From positions 1 through 61,056 of the IMG/VR virus record IMGVR_UViG_3300027498_000004: a stretch of 61,056 nt of DNA; one strand, 5' to 3'. Positions 1-6,815 of the stretch are shown here, in pieces (within the stretch, counting starts at the first letter, position 1; every line of letters begins with the position of its first letter). Below the pieces are notes generated by a model that saw only the letters and a program-made list of their open reading frames with translations, had not been told where the DNA came from and ran no database searches. The position numbers and the translations under genes were made by a program. Source of the stretch: a virus.

Positions 1-310
1 CGATTGCAGCTATTGCAGCTATTGCAGCTATTGCCGCTCTTGCAGCTATTGCAGCTCTTGCAGCTATTGCAGCGATTGCAGCTATTGCAGCGATTGCAGC
101 GATTGCAGCGATTGCAGCGATTGCAGCTATTGCAGCTATTGCAGCTATTGCCGCTCTTGCAGCTATTGCAGCTCTTGCAGCTATTGCAGCGATTGCAGCT
201 ATTGCAGCGATTGCAGCGATTGCAGCGATTGCAGCTATTGCAGCTATTGCAGCTATTGCAGCTATTGCCGCTCTTGCAGCGATTGCAGCGATTGCAGCTA
301 TTGCAGCGAA
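1..310 (+). repeat. 9-bp tandem repeat array (TGC-AGC/CGC/CGG-KAT/TCT/AAT units), 3' part; continues from 60819-61056
   Basis: Read directly: 34 consecutive 9-nt units in frame 2. Higher-order repeat 5-121 vs 122-229 (108 bp identical). The 89-mer 1-89 recurs at 118-206 and 60968-61056. Confidence 0.95.
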
Positions 311-670
311 AAAAATGGTAAAGAAAAAAATTCTGATTCTAAAGTTCTACCATTCGGTATAATTCCTAAAATAGAAAACTTGCATCAAAAAGTTCTTGAA
401 GAAGTCTCTAAAGAAGGTCAAGAATTAAATATGAATAATTGGCATACCTGTTCCACAACTCATTGCAGAGCTGGTTGGATAGTTCACATTGCAGGTCAAG
501 AAGGTTATGACTTAGAAAGAAAAACAGATAGTTCTTTTGCTGCTCAATTAATTTTAAGAGAATCAACAGATATACCAATTGGTTTACATAAATTCTTTTG
601 GGATAAAAAAAGCTCAATGTCTGACATAATTAGATGTGCGGAATTAGAAAAGTCTAATAATAAATTGTAA
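2..670 (+). CDS. Cys-x-x triplet-repeat protein, 3' portion (same gene as 60687-61056 across the circular junction)
   Basis: Frame 2 is open from base 2 to TAA 668-670 with no start codon. It is in phase with the ORF starting at ATG 60687 once the 89-bp overlap is removed. The TTG start at 380 in the ORF track is an artefact. Confidence 0.8.
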   Translation, partial: DCSYCSYCSYCRSCSYCSSCSYCSDCSYCSDCSDCSDCSDCSYCSYCSYCRSCSYCSSCSYCSDCSYCSDCSDCSDCSYCSYCSYCSYCRSCSDCSDCSYCSEKNGKEKNSDSKVLPFGIIPKIENLHQKVLEEVSKEGQELNMNNWHTCSTTHCRAGWIVHIAGQEGYDLERKTDSSFAAQLILRESTDIPIGLHKFFWDKKSSMSDIIRCAELEKSNNKL

Positions 671-679
671 ATCAATAAT

Positions 680-880
680 ATGGGTTACCTAATACCACTT
701 ACAAAGCAGGACAAGCAAACAGCTGTCCACATCACTGACGGCATATATTTCAAAGGCTATGAGTCTGGAATATGCGAGCTGTTTGTTTCCAACGGAGAGA
801 CCAAGAGTCACCCGATCACCATCGATCATAGTTCAGTTGGCGCAGTAGTCAATAAGCTACAAAGCCACTTCAATCGATAG
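680..880 (+). CDS. hypothetical protein (66 aa)
   Basis: ATG ORF 9 nt after the previous stop. No motif recognised. Confidence 0.6.
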   Translation: MGYLIPLTKQDKQTAVHITDGIYFKGYESGICELFVSNGETKSHPITIDHSSVGAVVNKLQSHFNR

Positions 881-936
881 AATGATAAACTCTCCCACAG
901 AACTCGCACGTCCTCCTCCAGCAACCAGTGCTTGCG

Positions 937-1020
937 GTGCCCTGGTCAATACTTTATTATCCACATAATAGTAGTTTTGAGAATATGTTTGTTAAACCGA
1001 CCAGGGCACTGTTTTTATTT
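937..1020 (+). promoter_or_regulatory. Long-loop hairpin upstream of terL: 11-bp perfect inverted repeat with promoter-like boxes in the loop, then a T-tract
   Basis: GTGCCCTGGTC (937-947) pairs with GACCAGGGCAC (999-1009). The loop contains TAGTTTTG (972-979) and TATGTTTG (984-991), both matching TAnnTTTG. TGTTTTTATTT follows the stem. Confidence 0.4.
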
Positions 1021-1054
1021 ATTCATATATTTACGATACGATTACTCGTAGTAT

Positions 1055-2302
1055 ATGACAGCTCGCCTCGCATTCTCTGCCACAAACGTATTCCAACGGA
1101 ACTATCACAGTAAGAAGAAGATAGTAATCAACCGAGGAGGGACTCGGTCCTCCAAGACTCACTCTATATCACAAATACTTGCTAACTGGCTGGCGACAGG
1201 ATGGGTACGAGAGCACCAGCACATACCAGTAGGAAAAGCAACCGTTGTAAGAAAGTCTGGATCCTCGCTAAAGGGAACAGCAATGTACACCTTCAAGAAG
1301 GCCATCTCCACTATGATGGTAAACGGTCAACCTCTCACCAACTATATCAAAGAGCATAAGACGGATAGAACCTTCACCTATATGGGCAGGTCGATAGTAT
1401 TCATTGGTGCCGACCAGGAGCAGAAGCTTAGAGGAAACGAATGTGATATCCTATACTGCAATGAGGCAAATGAGCTTTCCTATCTAAAAGAGTTCTTCCA
1501 GCTAAACGTCCGTTGTAAGTATGTCAGCTTCATAGATTTCAATCCTTCAGACCCATATACCTGGATCAACGAGGACTTAGAGCAGAAGAGAATGGTTACC
1601 AAGGGCGATGTGGAAGTAATACACAGTACCTATATCGATAACCTGGAGCACCTCACCGAGGAGCAGATAAGCGAGATCGAATATCTGGAGGAGAGCGCAC
1701 CCGATCTATGGGCGGTGTACGGATTAGGCGAGTATGGGCTTGTTGAAGGGCTTATCTTCCCAACAATACACATCATAGACGAAATGCCAACAGAGCTGCG
1801 CAGGAGAGGCTATGGGCAGGATTTAGGGTACTCAATAGATCCGACCACTATACTCAACTGTGGTACCATTGGAAACAACCTGTATGTCGATGAGATATTC
1901 TACCAGCGTGGATTGCTTAAAGACGATATCCTGGATAAGTACAGGGATCACTATATTTCAAAGACCAGACGTATCAATTCGGATTATGGTAACAGGATGA
2001 TCGATGAGATAGGTAACGAGGGATACAACATACACCAGGCAATCAAGATGCCGATCATCGAGGGTATAAGCATCCTCAAGCAATACAAGATTCATGTGAC
2101 GGCAAGGTCGGCAGGCTTGATCAAGGAGCAGAAGCTTTACAAATACAAGGTCAACAAGTCTGGCGATATAGTAACCAATGCCAAGGGACATCCTGTGCCA
2201 ATAGACAAATGGAACCATGGATGGGATGCCCTGCGATACTATGGCGAGTATCACCTCAAGTCTATTGTTAAAAGGAGGGGAGCACGTGCTGGAAGCGTAT
2301 AA
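1055..2302 (+). CDS. terL: terminase large subunit (PBSX/Terminase_3-like)
   Basis: Walker A-like GGTRSSKTHS, Walker B-like ILYCNEANE, nuclease-domain motifs GQDLGYSIDPT and HGWDALRY. Confidence 0.85.
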   Translation: MTARLAFSATNVFQRNYHSKKKIVINRGGTRSSKTHSISQILANWLATGWVREHQHIPVGKATVVRKSGSSLKGTAMYTFKKAISTMMVNGQPLTNYIKEHKTDRTFTYMGRSIVFIGADQEQKLRGNECDILYCNEANELSYLKEFFQLNVRCKYVSFIDFNPSDPYTWINEDLEQKRMVTKGDVEVIHSTYIDNLEHLTEEQISEIEYLEESAPDLWAVYGLGEYGLVEGLIFPTIHIIDEMPTELRRRGYGQDLGYSIDPTTILNCGTIGNNLYVDEIFYQRGLLKDDILDKYRDHYISKTRRINSDYGNRMIDEIGNEGYNIHQAIKMPIIEGISILKQYKIHVTARSAGLIKEQKLYKYKVNKSGDIVTNAKGHPVPIDKWNHGWDALRYYGEYHLKSIVKRRGARAGSV

Positions 2303-2350
2303 TTATATTTTATATTATATTTACAGAAACTTAGAATTAAAAATCTCAAT

Positions 2351-2866
2351 ATGTCGATTATCAAGAACTTAGAAAAGGTCAATTTTAGAACTGAAGCTTG
2401 CAAAGATCTAATTGGTGCACTCATAAGGCACGAGAAGGAGTTTGAAGTACGAAACAAAGGTCACTATGCGCGATCAATCATCATTGGACTAACAGATGTA
2501 TTTCCAGAAGATGCCAAAGCGATCCAAGTAGTATTCGAAGCAGAGCGTAAAGCCAATATGCCAACCATCAACAAGGTAGAGATGGAGGTCGTCAATGTAG
2601 GAATAGATGAGAGCGAATACGGAAAGAACGATGATGACTGCGCTGGCTGTGAAGAGAAGAAGGTAATCGATAGCACTGGAAAGGAAAGAACGCTCAACCT
2701 ATCAGACTGCAAGAACCACGAAGACCTGAAGCTGTACTTTGATAATGACATCGAAAGAGCAAAGGTGGCCTGTAAGGAAATCGGCATCAACCTGGGTAAC
2801 ACTAAGGCAGAGGATAAAATCTATGACAAGATTCTTGCTTACCTAGAAGAAGATGCTGAGGACTAA
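2351..2866 (+). CDS. hypothetical protein (171 aa, acidic C-terminus)
   Basis: ORF track; tight spacing with neighbours. No family recognised. Confidence 0.7.
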   Translation: MSIIKNLEKVNFRTEACKDLIGALIRHEKEFEVRNKGHYARSIIIGLTDVFPEDAKAIQVVFEAERKANMPTINKVEMEVVNVGIDESEYGKNDDDCAGCEEKKVIDSTGKERTLNLSDCKNHEDLKLYFDNDIERAKVACKEIGINLGNTKAEDKIYDKILAYLEEDAED

Positions 2867-2869
2867 TCT

Positions 2870-3742
2870 ATGAGATTAAAATACAAATTAGATAACGGAA
2901 AGGAAGGATCAATTGATATCCCATTATTTGTAAAGGATATCAACTATGACCAGTTCGAGGACTTCAAAGCCAAGGAGCGTCTGTATCGCGATACTCTAAG
3001 CAAAGAAGAGACCGATGAGAACATGGAGCAGACGCAGTGGCACATGCGAGAAGCTATTGGACAGATAATAGATGGCGACCTCTCCCCCTTCCCTCACCTA
3101 CTGCTGGAGGACGATCCCAAGGCAATGCTGCATGAGTATTCCTACCAGTTCTCACCAATGCACGATGAGTTATCCGTCACACGAATATATATCCACCTGG
3201 CAAACCTAATGGACTCCTACAGGTCCGCAATCAATCCATACAACTATCAGATAGAATGGTACGACATAGATGCGGAGGGTAATCGATATCCCTGTACATA
3301 CTATTTAAACCCCGATAGAGGGGCACAGCTGCTACTTGGAGACACTGCCTCGCATAGTAATGCCATTACAGGCAAAAAGTACACCAGTGGCGAAGTATTG
3401 GAGATATTAGAGTTCCAGCGCACCTTTAGTAAGAAGATAGAACAGACTGGTGATCATAACGGTAATACTTCATTCAACTTGGGATTGAGTGAGATGGCTA
3501 TCCTACTGCGAAAGGAGGACTATAAGCTGCCGAGGACCAGGGCAGAGTTCAGAGCCCACGTGGAGCATTACAAGAAGATATTTGCCAAGCTTCCTCTGGA
3601 CATCGTGTTTGATGTTCGGTTTTTTTTTCTAGCTATCTTAAAGAAATACGGAGCATTCCTGAATACGAACTATTCTTTGAGGGCAAAGAACCTCTTATCA
3701 CAGGTACGCATGAGCAGCAAAAAAACAAAAGAAAATCGTTAA
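2870..3742 (+). CDS. hypothetical protein, reading frame probably disrupted at the T9 run 3620-3628
   Basis: 290-aa ORF. The residues after the T run (FFFLAILKKYGAFLNTNYSLRAKN...) look non-protein-like, whereas the -1 frame continues as a good coding sequence. Confidence 0.7.
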   Translation: MRLKYKLDNGKEGSIDIPLFVKDINYDQFEDFKAKERLYRDTLSKEETDENMEQTQWHMREAIGQIIDGDLSPFPHLLLEDDPKAMLHEYSYQFSPMHDELSVTRIYIHLANLMDSYRSAINPYNYQIEWYDIDAEGNRYPCTYYLNPDRGAQLLLGDTASHSNAITGKKYTSGEVLEILEFQRTFSKKIEQTGDHNGNTSFNLGLSEMAILLRKEDYKLPRTRAEFRAHVEHYKKIFAKLPLDIVFDVRFFFLAILKKYGAFLNTNYSLRAKNLLSQVRMSSKKTKENR

Positions 3743-3921
3743 AGGATGCCAAAGCACAGGCACAGTACACGTTTAATCTAATAGGATGGAGGATCTACTA
3801 CAATGTCGCAATGGCGCATGGGTGGTTTACGAAGCCAGGAGAGAGTCCAATTGACTCTGTTTACTATTCGGACTTTGAAGAGCTGGTGAGTCTTTGTTCT
3901 TTGCTCAATGGTGCAAAGTAA
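3613..3921 (+). other. Frame-1 coding continuation of the 2870 gene (reached by a -1 shift or one extra T at 3620-3628)
   Basis: 102 sense codons with no usable start: SSYLKEIRSIPEYELFFEGKEPLITG...DFEELVSLCSLLNGAK, stop TAA 3919-3921. Confidence 0.7.
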
Positions 3922-3924
3922 AAA

Positions 3925-3950
3925 AGCCCAGCTTTGCAGCTAGGCTTTTA
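3925..3950. terminator. bidirectional intrinsic terminator
   Basis: AGCCCAGCT-TTGC-AGCTAGGCT hairpin (8 of 9 pairs) flanked by A5 and T4. It lies between convergent + strand genes and the - strand tRNA. Confidence 0.6.
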
Positions 3951-3985
3951 TCAAAGAGACTCACGAAAAGTAAGAACTAAATTAG

Positions 3986-4058
<73 letters not shown>

Positions 4059-4065
4059 ATATGTA

Positions 4066-4097
4066 CAAATGTAAAAAAAGGCTCTGATATATTCAAA
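4066..4097 (-). promoter_or_regulatory. Bacteroidota-type promoter driving the tRNA-Met
   Basis: On the minus strand: TTTG, 20-nt spacer, TACATTTG (perfect TAnnTTTG), ending 7 nt before the tRNA 5' end. Confidence 0.6.
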
Positions 4098-4166
4098 GCC
4101 TTCTAACATTCAAATTAAAGTTCTCCCATGAACTATTTAAACAAATGTAATAAATAATAGATAATT

Positions 4167-4397
4167 ATGGCAGCTATCATCACCAAAAATCAGCGTCAAG
4201 AGAACCTTGACAAGATAACCGTCCTCGAAAGAAGGATGAGCGCACTGGATCCCTGTTGCTTGGGATACCGAAGGCTCCAACGTGAATATGACGACCTTAT
4301 GCAGATAGAGCTTTTCTATCAGAGCCATGATCCAACGGAGCCGATCAATACAGCAGCAACTACTTGTGACCCTTTTAGAACTTGCCTTGTAACATGA
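4167..4397 (+). CDS. hypothetical protein (76 aa)
   Basis: ATG ORF; overlaps the next gene by 4 nt (ATGA-type junction). Confidence 0.5.
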   Translation: MAAIITKNQRQENLDKITVLERRMSALDPCCLGYRRLQREYDDLMQIELFYQSHDPTEPINTAATTCDPFRTCLVT

Positions 4398-4777
4398 AAG
4401 AGAGAGAATTCAAACAGCTAGTCAACTCAATAACACCTGATATCAGCAAAGCAAAGCTGCAGGCATTGATCGCTTCCCTCCCCAATAGTGTGCGAATAGT
4501 AAAGCACGTCTACAGAGGTAACCAGATGTTAAAGATGGGATTCGAGACGGATGAGAAGGGCAGAGCCATACGCAAGGGCGGTGTATATCACTATGATGAG
4601 TTTACAGACGTCAATACCAGAAAGGAAGTGATGCGAGCCTGGAAGCGTAACAGAGACGTTGCAGTGAAGAAGTACCTGACCCTCTGGTTAAAGAACCATT
4701 TGGAAATGATGCCCAAGGCACATCTATTCGATGATCGATATAAATTCAAAAAGCTAAGTGTTACCAGGATAAAATAA
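4394..4777 (+). CDS. hypothetical protein (127 aa; ATG 4394 preferred over TTG 4382)
   Basis: ORF track frame; the first ATG is at 4394. Confidence 0.65.
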   Translation: MKEREFKQLVNSITPDISKAKLQALIASLPNSVRIVKHVYRGNQMLKMGFETDEKGRAIRKGGVYHYDEFTDVNTRKEVMRAWKRNRDVAVKKYLTLWLKNHLEMMPKAHLFDDRYKFKKLSVTRIK

Positions 4778-4783
4778 ACCAGT

Positions 4784-5266
4784 TTGATAACCGATGATGA
4801 TTTCAGAAAGCTGCTTACCAGCGAGATACTTAGTTTCATTGACAATTGTGTCAAGAAGGTAATTGGTAGGTACGATGAAGACATCAAGCAGGACGCACTG
4901 GTTAAGATTTGGAGCAATAGAAAGAACTTTGATGGTCGTTACTTCCGAGCCTGGGTATATAGGATCACTTACAACGTCACCATCGATGTAGTTCGTAAGA
5001 GGAAGGTACGCAGGACCGAGGACGTGGAAGCGTATTACACCATCGGGGAGGACTCCAAGGAGCAGGAAGCATACGAGGCAATAAACGAACTGGAGTACTA
5101 TCAGTCCAACCTCAAAAAGGAGGACTATAAAATAGTGGAGCTGAGTATTATAGGTTACTCACTAAAGGAGGTCAGCAAGATCATGAATATCAGCGAGAGC
5201 CTTTGTAAGTATAAGAAGTACAGTGCGATTGATAAAATCAAAAAATTAAAGCAAAGTAATGGCTAA
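4784..5266 (+). CDS. ECF-type sigma-70 family RNA polymerase sigma factor
   Basis: Region 2-like DALVKIWSNRKNFDGRYFRAWVYRITYNVTIDVVRKRK and region 4 HTH-like IIGYSLKEVSKIMNISESLCKYKKYSAIDKIKKL. Confidence 0.75.
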   Translation: MITDDDFRKLLTSEILSFIDNCVKKVIGRYDEDIKQDALVKIWSNRKNFDGRYFRAWVYRITYNVTIDVVRKRKVRRTEDVEAYYTIGEDSKEQEAYEAINELEYYQSNLKKEDYKIVELSIIGYSLKEVSKIMNISESLCKYKKYSAIDKIKKLKQSNG

Positions 5267-6017
5267 GAAATTTCCACCAATCACTAACAAGCAGATAGAG
5301 TACTGTATACTGCAGGCAGTTAAGAACTTTCCCAATAACAAGAACTTCTCTGTTAATACATTTGCCTTTGTCGACTCTGGCAAGGCTATGCAGTCCGAGA
5401 ACTTGGGCCATACCTGGAACAGTTACAAGAACGGGGAGTTCTGGTCACGTGCTTGGGTAATGGGAGGAGCCAAGCGAGACGAAATCAAGAAGCAGTATCC
5501 AATACTAGCAATCGAACAGAAAGGTTCATATAGACCTGAGCTATGTGGCCCCACCAAGTGCTTTGCCTATGACCTGGCACTCATGGATATAATAGAGTGC
5601 AGCAATTGCCAGAAGTGGAAAAAGGATCGCACCGTTCGACAGATAGACTGCGACCTGGACGATGTACTCGATGCGCTATTAGAGGAGATCCTTTCCTGCA
5701 AGCAATACAAAATATTTATCAAGGACGAGGAGAATCCAGGGGAGTACATAGAGGTGATCATGATGTTGAGCGAGGGAGAGTATCTGCAGTATGTACAGGA
5801 CAATCCAGGCAAGCCAATCCAGGAAGGGGACTCTCTGGAGATGATGGTGAAGAATACTAAGATAGAGATTTCCAGTTGGGGGAGAGGATATGAACACATA
5901 CGAGGGAAGTCTCTGCGTCTAGAGTTCTGTGGATGCGTGGTGAAAAAAGAGAAGTTCAACTATGGAAATCACGAGCCTAATAAGTACATTGGAACTGATA
6001 TTTGTTCAACCTGTTAA
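5259..6017 (+). CDS. hypothetical protein, translationally coupled to the sigma factor gene
   Basis: The ATG overlaps the sigma stop by 8 nt. 252 aa with scattered Cys (C-terminus ...DICSTC). No family recognised. Confidence 0.75.
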   Translation: MAKKFPPITNKQIEYCILQAVKNFPNNKNFSVNTFAFVDSGKAMQSENLGHTWNSYKNGEFWSRAWVMGGAKRDEIKKQYPILAIEQKGSYRPELCGPTKCFAYDLALMDIIECSNCQKWKKDRTVRQIDCDLDDVLDALLEEILSCKQYKIFIKDEENPGEYIEVIMMLSEGEYLQYVQDNPGKPIQEGDSLEMMVKNTKIEISSWGRGYEHIRGKSLRLEFCGCVVKKEKFNYGNHEPNKYIGTDICSTC

Positions 6018-6027
6018 ATACACGATT

Positions 6028-6288
6028 ATGATAATGAAGATTGCACATGGATTAATGTTACTCGGAACGCTTGGACTCGCCTTTTTTGGTGTCAAGTATT
6101 TATTCACTATTGGCCACATGCCAGTCGCTATCTGTATAATTCTGATAGTACTATCCTTGGTTCTTTCTGGTATCAACTCTGTAATGAGTAAGGAACCAAC
6201 GGAGCCATTGTATAACACTAGGAGTGGACCAATGCCTGCAGCACGTCCACAAGGTGGAAGGAAGCAAAAAAGAAGCAGAGCGAGATAA
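6028..6288 (+). CDS. small membrane protein (2-3 TM helices, basic tail)
   Basis: MIMKIAHGLMLLGTLGLAFFGVKYLF...ICIILIVLSLVLSGI then an RKQKRSRAR tail. The ATG at 6028 is in the ORF-track frame. Confidence 0.6.
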   Translation: MIMKIAHGLMLLGTLGLAFFGVKYLFTIGHMPVAICIILIVLSLVLSGINSVMSKEPTEPLYNTRSGPMPAARPQGGRKQKRSRAR

Positions 6289-6806
6289 TGGATTTTGTCG
6301 AAATACTAAAGAAAAACCTGCGTACAGCACTAGAAGCTAGAATCAAAGTGGGTAAGGGCATCCTTAGATCCCAGGGGCATTACAGTAGTGGTGCCCTTGA
6401 GGATAGCCTGGAGGCAGTGATACAAACAGTCGGCAATAAGATCATTGGAACTATACAGGGGCTTGACTATGGCCAGGCATTAGATACTGGAGTTCCTGCA
6501 AGAAATGTAAGATACAATCCAGAGGTGCTTCGTGATTGGGCAGAGCGTTTATTTCCAAGTAAGACCTTTCGAGAAATCACCAGTTTCATATACGCAACCA
6601 GGAGAAAGCATGGACAGGATGGTATCCCCACAAAGAGCTGGCTGGCAAGAGGGAAGCGTCTCGGATGGATCAAAGAGATGGTTACAACATCAGAAGCGAA
6701 GTTCCAGGAACTGTTAGATATAAGGACTGTATTGGAAAATGCAATCCTCCAATCCGTTAGAGAGTTTGAAAGAGGCGGTGTCCTCAACTCTTCGAGTGCT
6801 GCATAA
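6288..6806 (+). CDS. hypothetical structural protein immediately upstream of the tape measure gene
   Basis: 172-aa ORF with an ATGA-type overlap with the previous gene. Position only. Confidence 0.7.
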   Translation: MDFVEILKKNLRTALEARIKVGKGILRSQGHYSSGALEDSLEAVIQTVGNKIIGTIQGLDYGQALDTGVPARNVRYNPEVLRDWAERLFPSKTFREITSFIYATRRKHGQDGIPTKSWLARGKRLGWIKEMVTTSEAKFQELLDIRTVLENAILQSVREFERGGVLNSSSAA

Positions 6807-6815
6807 AACTGAATA

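Noticed and set aside
1-310. The tandem repeats might be a CRISPR array or replication iterons.
   Set aside because: The units are only 9 bp and directly abutting, with no spacers. They are in phase with a long ORF. The features match a coding minisatellite, not a CRISPR array. An iteron role cannot be excluded, but nothing requires it.
4-321. ORF-track CDS encoding a Leu/Gln repeat (MQLLQLLQLL...).
   Set aside because: This is the wrong frame of the 9-bp repeat. Only the Cys frame (frame 2) is continuous with unique coding sequence on both sides (60687 upstream, through to 670 downstream). The reverse-strand Ala-Ile frame likewise has no flanking support.
380-670. TTG-initiated 96-aa ORF from the track.
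   Set aside because: The frame is open all the way back to base 2 and joins the 60687 ORF. The TTG is an internal Leu codon.
1031-1051. TTACGA...TCGTAG is shared with 15144-15169 and could be a candidate promoter for the phage sigma factor.
   Set aside because: There are only two occurrences, with different spacing (9 vs 14 nt). The motif is absent from the other late intergenic regions.
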